Assembly (NCBI GenBank): GCA_964657335.1
Contig: CAZZVI010000006.1
Coordinates: forward strand, 1 to 42,864
DNA: 42,864 bases
Source of the DNA: an uncultured Terriglobus sp.
GTDB taxonomy: Bacteria > Acidobacteriota > Terriglobia > Terriglobales > Acidobacteriaceae
Direction of reading: 5' to 3'
Of the stretch, positions 26,301 through 35,644 are shown one piece after another (position 1 is the first letter of the stretch; each line of letters begins with the position of its first letter). Both the position numbers and the translations under genes were made by a program. The notes beneath the pieces were generated by a model. It was given only the letters and a program-made list of their open reading frames with translations. It made no database searches and was not told where the DNA came from.

Positions 26301-27203
26301 ATGCAAGTGCGTGAATTCAAAACCCCCACACTGAAATTGGTCTACGAAGAAGACGGTCCGAAGGGCGGTATGCCGCTTGTTCTGCTGCATGGCTGGCCTG
26401 ATTCGCCCCGCACATGGGACAAGGTGCTGCCTGTCCTGCATGGCGCGGGCTATCGCACCATCGCGCCATACCTTCGCGGTTACGGGCCGAGTGAGTTTCG
26501 CTCGCCGATCTTTGGCCGCAAGCCGCGCCGCACCGGACAGCCGGTGGCGTTCGCCCAGGACATCATCGATCTTGCCGACAAGCTGAAGCTGAACACGTTT
26601 GACTTCGTCGGCCACGACTGGGGCGCGCGTACCGGATACGCGCTGGCGGCGCTGTTTCCCAAGCGCCTGGAGCGCATGGTCGCGCTGTCCTCGGTGTACG
26701 AGCCCGGCCCAGCGAAGACGCCGTCTCTGCCGCAGGCACAGGCGTACTGGTACCAGTGGTTTCTTTGTACCGACCCCGGCATGAAGCAGTTCCGCGAAGA
26801 TCCGGTCGCCTACGGCAAGCGACAGTGGGACACCTGGAGCCCGGAAGGCTGGTACTCACCCGCCGCTCTGGCCGAGGCGGCGAAGAGTTGGGCCGGCAAA
26901 GACTTCGCCGACGTGGTGCTGCACAGCTACCGCTCGCGCTGGGGGCATGCCGAAAAGGACCCTGCGTACGCCGTGCTGCAGGCTCGATACGAGAGCACGA
27001 TGTCGCTGGACGTTCCGACGGTGTTCATACAGGGGCTGGATGACCGCTGCGGCCTGCCGGAGACGAGCGACGGCATGGGCCGCCACTTCACCAATGGCTA
27101 TCGCCGGATTCTCGTTGAAGGCGTCGGCCACTTTCCGCAGCGTGAGAATCCGCAGCTTGTTGCCGATGAAATCCTGCGTCATCTGCGAGGCCGCGCGTCG
27201 TGA
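26301..27203 (+). CDS. Alpha/beta fold hydrolase (epoxide hydrolase-like)
   Basis: 'LLHGWPDS', 'APYLRGYG', 'VGHDWGAR', 'GVGHFPQRE'. Confidence 0.92.
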   Translation: MQVREFKTPTLKLVYEEDGPKGGMPLVLLHGWPDSPRTWDKVLPVLHGAGYRTIAPYLRGYGPSEFRSPIFGRKPRRTGQPVAFAQDIIDLADKLKLNTFDFVGHDWGARTGYALAALFPKRLERMVALSSVYEPGPAKTPSLPQAQAYWYQWFLCTDPGMKQFREDPVAYGKRQWDTWSPEGWYSPAALAEAAKSWAGKDFADVVLHSYRSRWGHAEKDPAYAVLQARYESTMSLDVPTVFIQGLDDRCGLPETSDGMGRHFTNGYRRILVEGVGHFPQRENPQLVADEILRHLRGRAS

Positions 27204-27502
27204 GCGACTCCGGCGAGACCATCGTCCGGCACTACCAGATCGAGGGCCGCGTGCAGGGCGTGGGCTTTCGCTGGTTCGTGCATCGCGAAGCCGCGGAACT
27301 GGGCGTGCGGGGATGGGTGCGCAACACCGACGCGGGCCATGTGGAAGCCGTCGCAGCCGGTACGCCCGAGCAGATCGAGGAACTGGAAGAAGCCCTGCGG
27401 CGAGGCTCGCGCGGCAGCCGCGTCGACCGCGTTCGCATTCACGACTTGGCGGAAGACGAAGGCGCTTCTCTGAAGGAGTTTGCCATCGAGGGCGCGTTCT
27501 AG
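27200..27502 (+). CDS. acyP: Acylphosphatase
   Basis: 'GRVQGVGFR', 'GWVRN'. Confidence 0.93.
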   Translation: MSDSGETIVRHYQIEGRVQGVGFRWFVHREAAELGVRGWVRNTDAGHVEAVAAGTPEQIEELEEALRRGSRGSRVDRVRIHDLAEDEGASLKEFAIEGAF

Positions 27503-27542
27503 CACAGCTACTCGGGGCCGACGTGATCGCTACAATAGAGCC

Positions 27543-28082
27543 ATGTCGCACACGATTAACTGCGAGCCGCTCAAAGCGCTCATCCGTACCGTTCCTGACT
27601 TTCCCAAGCCCGGCATTCTCTTCTACGACATCACCACGCTGCTGCGGGACAAAGCCGGCTTTGCGCAAATGATCGACGCCTTCGCGGCGTACTACATCGA
27701 CAAGCAGGTCGACCTGGTGCTCGGCATCGAGGCGCGTGGATTCATCTTCGGGCCGGCGATGGCATATCGCCTGAACGCGGGCTTCGTGCCCGTCCGCAAG
27801 CCCAAGAAGCTGCCAGCACCGACGGCCAAGGTGACCTATGACCTGGAATATGGATCGGACTCGCTCGAGATCCACCTGGATGCGATTCAGCCCGGGCAGC
27901 GCGTCGTCATTGTCGACGATCTGCTGGCAACCGGCGGCACCATGCAGGCAACCGTGCAGCTGGTGAAGCAGCTTGGCGGGGAAATTGCAGGCGTCGCCTT
28001 CGCCGTCGAGCTCGACTTCCTGAAAGGCCGCTCGAAGTTCCCTGAAGTCGATGTGTACAGCCTGCTGCACTACAACGAGTAG
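27543..28082 (+). CDS. apt: Adenine phosphoribosyltransferase
   Basis: '[13 protein letters not shown]', 'GIEARGF', 'RKPKKLP', 'YDLEYG', '[10 protein letters not shown]'. Confidence 0.96.
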   Translation: MSHTINCEPLKALIRTVPDFPKPGILFYDITTLLRDKAGFAQMIDAFAAYYIDKQVDLVLGIEARGFIFGPAMAYRLNAGFVPVRKPKKLPAPTAKVTYDLEYGSDSLEIHLDAIQPGQRVVIVDDLLATGGTMQATVQLVKQLGGEIAGVAFAVELDFLKGRSKFPEVDVYSLLHYNE

Positions 28083-28236
28083 AGCACTGGAATGAGACAG
28101 TCGGGATTAAAACAATCCTGGCCACCTTTGGTCCGTTAAAGAGACCAGCGTCAGCTCCAGTCGATAGCAGACCACCGACGCCAGTAGCAGCAGGATAAGC
28201 AGCGAGCGGTAAGTAGGCGCTTCATTCATAGAAATT

Positions 28237-28764
28237 CTAGCTGGGGCGACGCTTTAGAAACGTGCCAAGCACGAGCACGCCCGTTCCCAGAAGCAGCAGG
28301 CTCGATGGTTCCGGAGTGACGCCGACCGCCGGTGCGAGCGTTAGCGTGCCGGCCGTTACATCATCCAGATCCGCCGCTCCGACTGCCTGCACACCGGCCG
28401 CGTCGCCAAAGCAGGGGGCCGTCGTGGTGCACAGCGAGCCGCCTGCGTAGCCCTTCAGAGACGCGGCGGGCAGAGCCAGTTGAAAGTCGAAGAGCGAAGG
28501 TGTTGTCGTGGCAAAGAAGATGCTGCTGTAGCCGGTGCCGGAGGTCGACGTTGGTGCGCCTGAGAAGTACGTAGTCCCGACCGAAGTGATTACCTTGATG
28601 CTTGAATCCGTGAAGCTGCCCGTTGTCTCGTCGAGCGTGAGCGTACCGGTTGCCGATCCATTCACCAGCGTGGCGCTCAAGTTGAACATGTTCATGGTGT
28701 CTGCATGCGCGATGCCCAGAGAACCGAACAGTAAAGCTGCAACCGCCACGAAACGTAAACGCAT
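28237..28764 (-). CDS. PEP-CTERM sorting domain-containing surface protein
   Basis: Signal peptide ...AHA-DT; Ser/Thr-rich body; C-terminal TPEPSSLLLLGTGVLVLGTFLKRR; RBS AGGAG. Confidence 0.92.
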   Translation of the reverse strand: MRLRFVAVAALLFGSLGIAHADTMNMFNLSATLVNGSATGTLTLDETTGSFTDSSIKVITSVGTTYFSGAPTSTSGTGYSSIFFATTTPSLFDFQLALPAASLKGYAGGSLCTTTAPCFGDAAGVQAVGAADLDDVTAGTLTLAPAVGVTPEPSSLLLLGTGVLVLGTFLKRRPS

Positions 28765-28920
28765 GAGAATCTCCTGGCTAAGGAGACGCCATCCCGGAGC
28801 TTCCGGATTATGGCTGGACATCGTCTGCAAGATCAGTTCTGAAGAATAGTTTTCGGCCGGGAAAACCACTCGCTACGCAGGCCGGCCCGTACCAGCTGGC
28901 CGGCGCTCTATGCTGGACAC

Positions 28921-29385
28921 ATGCAGGAGCGACCGCGCGTTCTCGGGCTCGACATCGGCGGCCGTCGCGTGGGCGTGGCCATCTCCGATCCGTTCGGCAC
29001 CACGGCACAGCCGCTCATCACCATGGGTCGGTCGACCCTCAAGCAGGAGCTGAAGAACATTGCGCGGCTGGTGCGCAAACATGCGGTTGCCGAGATCGTT
29101 GCGGGCAATCCACTGCACATGTCCGGTGACACTTCTCCGCAGGCGGAGAAAGCGCAGGCCTTTGCCTCTGCCTTGCGCGACGCACTGCAACTCCCCGTCC
29201 ACATGCAGGATGAGCGCCTGACCAGCGCTGCCGCGCACGAGCTGATGGACCGGCTCGGGCATCCGCGCGGATCCGCACGCAAGGCGGTGCTCGACCAGTA
29301 CGCTGCCGTGATTCTGCTGCAGGACTGGCTGGATGCGCGAAGTGCCTCGCACCTGCCGGCACCGTACCGGGAACCGTACTGCTGA
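28921..29385 (+). CDS. ruvX: Holliday junction resolvase-like / pre-16S rRNA nuclease RuvX (YqgF)
   Basis: 'LGLDIGGRRVGVAISD', 'GNP', 'QDERLTS', 'LDQYAAVILLQ'. Confidence 0.93.
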   Translation: MQERPRVLGLDIGGRRVGVAISDPFGTTAQPLITMGRSTLKQELKNIARLVRKHAVAEIVAGNPLHMSGDTSPQAEKAQAFASALRDALQLPVHMQDERLTSAAAHELMDRLGHPRGSARKAVLDQYAAVILLQDWLDARSASHLPAPYREPYC

Positions 29386-29451
29386 CTCGTTATAATCAAG
29401 AGAATTGCGGAGAAGCCCGCCCGCGCTACTCTTCCGGAACGGAACCCTGAA

Positions 29452-29922
29452 ATGCTGGACGTCACAAAAAAGCTTGAAGAACAAATCCGGGCGCTCGAAC
29501 ACGAGCTGACCACGGAGCTGCCTGCGGAGATCAAGCGCGCCGTCGCTCTCGGCGACTTGAGCGAGAACGCCGAATACCATTCCGCAAAGCAGCGGCAGGA
29601 GTTCGTGAACGCCCATCTTGGCCAGCTCAAGAAGCGCATGGCCGAGCTTTCGCTGGTAAACCTTGCCAACATCCCGCATGACCGCGTCGGCTTCGGGTCC
29701 ACCATCGTTGTGTTCGACCAGACCAAGGAAGAAGAGATTACCTACAAGCTGGTCACCAGTGAAGAGAGCGATGTGACCAAGGGACTGATCAGCACGACGT
29801 CTCCGATCGGACGTTCGCTGGTGGGGAAACAGGTGGGCGACGAGGCTACCGTGGTCACGCCAAACGGCAAGCGCATCCTTGAGATTCTGAAGTTGACCAC
29901 GGTTCACGAGGCAGCAGCATAA
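29452..29922 (+). CDS. greA: Transcription elongation factor GreA
   Basis: 'ALGDLSENAEYHSAK', 'VGFGS', 'ISTTSPIGRSLVGK', 'TPNG'. Confidence 0.93.
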   Translation: MLDVTKKLEEQIRALEHELTTELPAEIKRAVALGDLSENAEYHSAKQRQEFVNAHLGQLKKRMAELSLVNLANIPHDRVGFGSTIVVFDQTKEEEITYKLVTSEESDVTKGLISTTSPIGRSLVGKQVGDEATVVTPNGKRILEILKLTTVHEAAA

Positions 29923-29941
29923 TTGCTGTGTTCAAGGCATG

Positions 29942-29976
29942 AAAAAGGGCTCGCAGTGTGCGAGCCCTTTGTTTGT
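29942..29976. terminator. Bidirectional terminator between greA and dps
   Basis: aaagggctcgca-gtg-tgcgagcccttt, flanked by A- and T-tracts between convergent genes. Confidence 0.85.
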
Positions 29977-29990
29977 TCTGCAGTCCCATG

Positions 29991-30533
29991 CTACTGAACG
30001 TCGCCGGCTTCCATGTGGCTTTCCAGGAAGTAGAGCTCTTCTTCGGCATCCACGATCAACTGATTGTAGAAATCTGACGTGGGGCTGTCCCCGATATCGT
30101 CGATCTTGTCCGAAGCCTCGCGCAGCAGGCTGCAGTACTTACCGAGCGAATCCGCCAGCGCCTGCAGGTGCTCGGGACCGCTGATGGCGTCCACGTTGTA
30201 GGGAGGTATTTCGCTGGTAGCTGCCGACTGCCGGACCGTGCCATTTGCCGTGCCGCCCAGTTGCGTCATGCGCTCCGCGATGGGATCGATCTGCTTCAGG
30301 ATGGTCTTTGCCACATCATCAAACACCAGGTGCAACTGGTAGAAGTTCAGACCCTTCACGTTCCAGTGGGCGAACTTTGCCTGCGAGTACATGTCGAGCG
30401 ACGCAGAGAGCGTCTTGCTCATCTCATCGACGGTCTTCTTCTTGACGTCGTCGGAGAGCGCGACACGGTTCTTGTACATACGCGCGGGCAGTTTCGCCCC
30501 GTTCTTCACTTCAGTCTTTTCTGTTTTTGCCAT
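29991..30533 (-). CDS. dps: DNA starvation/stationary phase protection protein Dps
   Basis: 'KFAHWNVKG.NFYQLHLVFD', 'DPIAER..QLGG', 'YFLESH'; Lys-rich N-terminus; RBS AAGGTG. Confidence 0.92.
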   Translation of the reverse strand: MAKTEKTEVKNGAKLPARMYKNRVALSDDVKKKTVDEMSKTLSASLDMYSQAKFAHWNVKGLNFYQLHLVFDDVAKTILKQIDPIAERMTQLGGTANGTVRQSAATSEIPPYNVDAISGPEHLQALADSLGKYCSLLREASDKIDDIGDSPTSDFYNQLIVDAEEELYFLESHMEAGDVQ

Positions 30534-30679
30534 GGTTTCGTCACCTTTCCGACGTTGAGATGCGCGTCCGGCGGAAGATAATGCCCGCGTTTGAACGCAG
30601 GTCTGCGCCACATGTTGGATCGACCCTGAGCATGCAGCCTCTGTGTTCTGACTTGCGCCTTCTGCACAAGCCTGAGAGC

Positions 30680-30934
30680 ATGGTGCGCATGTTCGGCTAC
30701 GTCGGAACAGCGCGCGTGAAACGCAGGCTCACACCGGTAACCGTGGCGCTTGCCGCGACTGGCATGGTGTGCTTCGCTATGGCTTACCTGCTCAGGCACG
30801 TGTCTCTCTTGCACCCGCTTCAGTCGTACCGACTCGACTTCCGGTTGGCGGGCTGCGTCTTGGCTGTGTTCGAGATGTGGGCTATACGGCGTCGCGATGA
30901 ACAACTCTTACCGAATAGTGATACGGAGATCTAG
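30680..30934 (+). CDS. Small hypothetical membrane protein
   Basis: Two hydrophobic stretches; its stop overlaps the next gene's start. Start uncertain. Confidence 0.45.
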   Translation: MVRMFGYVGTARVKRRLTPVTVALAATGMVCFAMAYLLRHVSLLHPLQSYRLDFRLAGCVLAVFEMWAIRRRDEQLLPNSDTEI

Positions 30935-32439
30935 TGCGCCTACGCATGCTTCTGGTTCTGCTACTGAGCGGCTGCTCTTCCCTGCTGGCGGAGGTTCGCC
31001 TGCCGAACGTGCTGTCGGATCACGCCGTACTGCAGAGGCAGCGGCCTGTCCGCATCTGGGGATGGGCGCAGCCGGGCGAAAACGTCACCGTCAGCTTTCA
31101 CGGGCAGACGATCGCCTCGACAGCAGATGACTTCGGTCAGTGGGAGGCCTGGCTGAAGCCCGAAGAAGCCGGTGGTCCGCACGTCCTGACGGTCACGGGC
31201 AGTGCCTCAGCAGCCCCGCTGCGGCGCGAAGATATCCTCGTCGGCGACGTGTGGATCGCCTCCGGCCAGTCGAATATGGAGATGCCGCTGCGCGGCTTCA
31301 ACCCGCAGACGCCCATCAAGAACAGCGACGCGGAGATTGCCGCGGCGAACCACCCGCGCATCCACCTGTTACTGCAGACCAAGCGCGCCGCAGGCACTCC
31401 GATGTCCGACATCAATGAAACCTGGACCGTCTGCACACCCGAGACGGCGAGGACCTTCTCTGCCGTCGCTTACTTTTTCGGTCGCGAGATCAGCGACAAG
31501 GAGAAGGTGCCGGTGGGTCTGATCGATACAACGTGGGGCGGCACTCCCGCGCAGTCGTGGATGAGCGCCGGCGGCATTGCCGACGCCAACCTGACCAGCG
31601 TCTACACCGCGGGCGGCGTGCTGGCGCAGGAGCAGGCTCGCTTCGACGAGACCAAGCCGATGTGGAACCAGCAGGATGCGGCGGACAAGGCGGCCGGGCG
31701 CACACCCGTGACGCATCCGCCGCTGCCCGATCGCACGCCCTGGATGCCGTCGTCGCTCTACAACGGCATGATCGCGCCGTACACCAAGTACGCCATCAAG
31801 GGGGCCATCTGGTACCAGGGTGAGGCGGATGCATCCGCCGCCTACGGACCGAACTACACCCGCGTCTTTGGCGCAATGATCGGCGATTGGCGGCGCCAGT
31901 GGGCTCAGGGTGACTTCCCGTTCCTGTTTGTGCAACTCTCCAGTTACACATCGAACGATTTCTGGAACACAGTTCGTGACGCGCAACGCCGCACACTCTC
32001 GCTGAAGAACACCGGCATGGCCGTCACGCTCGATGTCGGCGAGGCAAAGAACATCCATCCAGCCGACAAGCAAACGGTGGGCGCTCGCCTGGCTGCGGCA
32101 GCGCTTGGCGTCGCGTATGGCGAGAAGGTGGAATCCTCGTCTCCCGCGTTCGTCCAGGCATCGACGGAGAACGGCAGCATGCGGGTGTGGTTCTCGCACG
32201 CAGGCGGCTTGACGACGAAGGGCCAGCCCGTCGGCGGCTTTGAGGTCGCCGGCTACGACCGCAAGTTCGTTCCCGCAGACGCTCGGATTGAGAAAGTCGG
32301 CGCGGAGGAGACCGTGGTTGCCACTTCATCGGCTGTCCCGCACCCGCATTATGTGCGCTATGCGTGGACTCCGGTCGTGACCAGCTACCTCTACAACAGC
32401 GCCGGTCTGCCGGCAGGCACCTTTACCTCGGAACCGTAA
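30934..32439 (+). CDS. Sialate O-acetylesterase family (SGNH) secreted protein
   Basis: 'SDHAVLQR', 'GDVWIASGQSNM', 'FSAVAYFFG', 'WGGT', 'LYNGMIAP', 'WYQGE', 'IHPADKQ'. Confidence 0.92.
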   Translation: MRLRMLLVLLLSGCSSLLAEVRLPNVLSDHAVLQRQRPVRIWGWAQPGENVTVSFHGQTIASTADDFGQWEAWLKPEEAGGPHVLTVTGSASAAPLRREDILVGDVWIASGQSNMEMPLRGFNPQTPIKNSDAEIAAANHPRIHLLLQTKRAAGTPMSDINETWTVCTPETARTFSAVAYFFGREISDKEKVPVGLIDTTWGGTPAQSWMSAGGIADANLTSVYTAGGVLAQEQARFDETKPMWNQQDAADKAAGRTPVTHPPLPDRTPWMPSSLYNGMIAPYTKYAIKGAIWYQGEADASAAYGPNYTRVFGAMIGDWRRQWAQGDFPFLFVQLSSYTSNDFWNTVRDAQRRTLSLKNTGMAVTLDVGEAKNIHPADKQTVGARLAAAALGVAYGEKVESSSPAFVQASTENGSMRVWFSHAGGLTTKGQPVGGFEVAGYDRKFVPADARIEKVGAEETVVATSSAVPHPHYVRYAWTPVVTSYLYNSAGLPAGTFTSEP

Positions 32440-32521
32440 CTGCCGCTTTGGCTCTGAGACGTAACGCTGGGTGCGAAAGGTACACTAATCGGGGCCGGCG
32501 GAAGGACGCGGCAAGCATACG

Positions 32522-33169
32522 ATGAGCTCGCGATTCACCTGGACAAGTGCCTTTGGCAAGGGCAGCGGATGGCTGCTGCAGAAGATCGTAAACGGCCTTG
32601 CACTGTCGAGGATCTCGCCGAATACGCTGACCTTTATCGGCCTGATCATCAACATTGCCGCGGCGTTCTTTTTCGGATATGCGCGGGGCAGCAACGCGCA
32701 CCGCATGTTTCTGTACGCGGGCCTCATCCTGATCGGCGCGGGCCTGTTCGACATGGTGGATGGCCGTGTGGCACGGCAGACCAACCAGGTCTCGGTTTTC
32801 GGTGCGTTCTTCGATTCGGTGATCGACCGCTACAGCGATGTCGCCATCTTCTTCGGCCTGCTGGTCTTCTACGCGCGCGGGAACCGCTTCGTGTACGTGG
32901 TGCTGGTCGCGTTCGTCATGACGGCGTCGCTGATGATCAGCTACACCCGCGCCCGGGCCGAAGCGCTCATCGGATCGTGCAAGGTCGGCTTCATGGAACG
33001 GCCGGAACGTATCGTGCTCGTGATCCTGGGCGCACTCTGCGACCGCTGGGGAGTGATGGCGCCCGCGCTATGGGTGCTCGCATTCCTCTGCACCGTGACG
33101 GTCATCCACCGCATCCGCTACACGTACGTGCAGACGGAACTGCGCAAGTTGCATCCCGTCGCGCGGTAG
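32522..33169 (+). CDS. CDP-alcohol phosphatidyltransferase family protein
   Basis: 'ISPNTLT', 'DMVDGRVAR...FGAFFDSVIDRYSD' signature, 'SYTRARAE', 'GFMERPER'. Confidence 0.93.
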   Translation: MSSRFTWTSAFGKGSGWLLQKIVNGLALSRISPNTLTFIGLIINIAAAFFFGYARGSNAHRMFLYAGLILIGAGLFDMVDGRVARQTNQVSVFGAFFDSVIDRYSDVAIFFGLLVFYARGNRFVYVVLVAFVMTASLMISYTRARAEALIGSCKVGFMERPERIVLVILGALCDRWGVMAPALWVLAFLCTVTVIHRIRYTYVQTELRKLHPVAR

Positions 33170-33179
33170 GTCGCGATGC

Positions 33180-34325
33180 CTACTCCGTTACAGTCACTCT
33201 TTGAAGAACTGCAAGCACATCACGGCTGACATCTTCCCAACTCCGGTGATGACGGCTGGCGATCTCTTCCGCTGACCAGTCCTGCTCGAGAACCTCATCA
33301 AGCGCGTCTGCCAGCGCGGATGCGTCTGCAGGTGGCACAAGACGGCCGCTCTGAACGTCCATCAGCTCAGGAATGCCTCCGACATTCGTGGTGACAACCG
33401 GACGGCCTGCGGCCAGCGCTTCGAGTACCACGTTCGGGCAGCCTTCCATGTAGCTGGGCAGCGTGAACAGGTTGGCCGTCGCCATCCACTGCGCCACGGT
33501 CTGCGTCGGCGCGGCGGGAACGAAGGTGACGACATCCTCAAGCCGATGGCGGCCTATAGCCGCCTGCAGCAGCGGCCTGTCAGGACCGTCGCCGAGCAGG
33601 TAACAACGCAGCAGCGGCCGGCTTGCGCGGAGAGCCGCGATCGCGTCGATCAGTTCGCGCAGGCCCTTGCGAACGTCGAGACGGCCGGCGTAGAGGACAA
33701 CTTCGGCTTCCTCGTTAACGCCCAGCGCAGCTCGCGCCTCGCGCCTCTCCTGCGGATGAAAGACCGTGGTGTCACAGCCATTGAGGATCGAGCGGCTCTT
33801 CGCGGCGCCCATCGCGCGCGCGGTGCGGGCAAGATCACCGCTGACCGCGAGGGTGACGTTTGCCCGCCGCAGCGCACCCCGGGTCAAGGCGCCGACGATG
33901 CGGTCTGGGATGCGGTTCAGGTCCGACCCGATAGCGGTCAGCACCACCGGCACGCCGAGCGCTTCGCCGATGCGGACCGCGGCATAACCGTCGGGGTAGA
34001 CGACATAGTTCAGGATGACGTCCGGTCGCCACTCGCGCACATGGGGCAGCAGCCGGCGGTACATCGTCCAACCGTTCACTGTCCGCGTGATCACCGGCAA
34101 CACAGGGTAGGGGATGTACTGCGCGGCGACTCCCGCTGGCTGCCAGGCGCGGTCAATGGCCGGCGCGCCCGTCTTCGGTTTGAGCATCGCAGGATAAGTC
34201 GCCTCAGGGTAGAAGACCTGCAGGTCGCACTGCTGCGCGATATGCTTCAACGTCTGGTAGGCCGAGTGGCCTGCCCACGGCTGCGCCGACGTAGGAAAGT
34301 ACTGCGTGACAACGGCGACCCTCAT
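33180..34325 (-). CDS. Glycosyltransferase family 4
   Basis: 'GSDLN', 'NGCD...F', 'YAGRLDVRKG', 'LPSYMEGCPNVVLEALAAG.PVV'. Confidence 0.92.
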   Translation of the reverse strand: MRVAVVTQYFPTSAQPWAGHSAYQTLKHIAQQCDLQVFYPEATYPAMLKPKTGAPAIDRAWQPAGVAAQYIPYPVLPVITRTVNGWTMYRRLLPHVREWRPDVILNYVVYPDGYAAVRIGEALGVPVVLTAIGSDLNRIPDRIVGALTRGALRRANVTLAVSGDLARTARAMGAAKSRSILNGCDTTVFHPQERREARAALGVNEEAEVVLYAGRLDVRKGLRELIDAIAALRASRPLLRCYLLGDGPDRPLLQAAIGRHRLEDVVTFVPAAPTQTVAQWMATANLFTLPSYMEGCPNVVLEALAAGRPVVTTNVGGIPELMDVQSGRLVPPADASALADALDEVLEQDWSAEEIASRHHRSWEDVSRDVLAVLQRVTVTE

Positions 34326-35644
34326 GTGCGCGGCTCCGGCAGCAACGAGCGGAGCAGAGCCGAATACCGATGAGCGAGCGGCAGGCGATGATAGCGAGCG
34401 ATGGCGTTCAGGTCCGGCGCAAGCCCTGCGGCACCATGTGTCAACGTGTCGATCAGCAGTTCGCGGATGGCGCTGACATCGGCAACGTTAGCCCAACGAC
34501 CCGCGCGAGTCTCGTCGAGCCGCCGTCGCACGTCACCCTGTAGATGCACCGCCGCGACGATCGGCTTTCCCGAACAGAGGTAGTCGTAAAACTTGGCAGA
34601 GACATTGATCGGGTCATGCGAGATGAGGAGAACGAAATCTGTCTCGTCCAGCAGGCGCAACGCCTCCGCCTGCGGGAGAAATCCAGTGATCTCAACCGTC
34701 GGCCCAAGCCGGAGCAGTGTGTCGCGGTAGATGCTCTTTTCAAACTGTCCGACAAAGCGCACCCGCAGCCGGGATCGGATGTCGTCCGGCAACGAGAGCA
34801 CCGCCTCAACGAACGTCGTTGGCTCCGTCGAACCGTACACCGACCCGAGATAGGTGAGAACGATAGGCCTGCCGGATTGCTCTTGCCTGGCTTGGATTGA
34901 AGTTGCGGGCAATGCACCATCGAAGCCGTTGGAGATGCTCACGAACTTTGCCTCAGGCTGCGCGGGATAGCGCGCCCGGATGGCGGCTCGCGCCGACTCT
35001 GTCACGGCGACGACCGCGGTGGATGCCTCTACCGCCTCGCGCTCCGTCCGCTCGGCGATCGCCCGTGCGCGCGGGTTTGCGTTCAGGCTGACGAGGTGCA
35101 GCGTCGTGTCAAGCCATTCGTCACGGAAGTCGAGCACGACCGGCAGGTGCTGAAACCGCTTGCGCAGACCCTTCGCCAGCATCACGCTCGAAAATGGCGG
35201 AACCGTGATGACGACTGCATCAATCGCGCGTTCGCGTACGATGCGCGCCGCCGCGCGCGAGGCAAACGGCAGCCAGCCAATTTGCGGATCGGGAAGCAGC
35301 AGGTTCGCGATCAGAGCTTTCAGCGGGTTCGGCTTCGCGATCGCGCTCCCTGAAGCTGCGCCACCAGTACTCTGCAGGGACTTGCCACGATCGCGAGAGA
35401 GCAGCTTCTTGATGCCTTTGCGCACGGCGTACGGAAGATCCAACGTCCACGTGCGATGCACGCGCACGGAGTCCGGTACCTGCCTGAGCAGCGCTTCGTC
35501 GCGGATGACAGCGGGCGCATTCCGTGCTGTGAGCACGTCCACCCGGACGTCGTCCTCCGGCAGGTACTTCGCGAGACTGAGAGCGCGCATCACGCCCACG
35601 CCACCCGCGGGCGGAAAGGAAAACGTGATCAGCAGCACGTTCAT
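34322..35644 (-). CDS. Glycosyltransferase family 4
   Basis: Real start MNVLLITFSFPPAGGVGVMR at 35644 (ATGA overlap with the upstream gene); 'PDPQIGW', 'DFRDEW', 'NGFD', 'AKFYDYL..GKP'. Confidence 0.9.
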   Translation of the reverse strand: MNVLLITFSFPPAGGVGVMRALSLAKYLPEDDVRVDVLTARNAPAVIRDEALLRQVPDSVRVHRTWTLDLPYAVRKGIKKLLSRDRGKSLQSTGGAASGSAIAKPNPLKALIANLLLPDPQIGWLPFASRAAARIVRERAIDAVVITVPPFSSVMLAKGLRKRFQHLPVVLDFRDEWLDTTLHLVSLNANPRARAIAERTEREAVEASTAVVAVTESARAAIRARYPAQPEAKFVSISNGFDGALPATSIQARQEQSGRPIVLTYLGSVYGSTEPTTFVEAVLSLPDDIRSRLRVRFVGQFEKSIYRDTLLRLGPTVEITGFLPQAEALRLLDETDFVLLISHDPINVSAKFYDYLCSGKPIVAAVHLQGDVRRRLDETRAGRWANVADVSAIRELLIDTLTHGAAGLAPDLNAIARYHRLPLAHRYSALLRSLLPEPRT

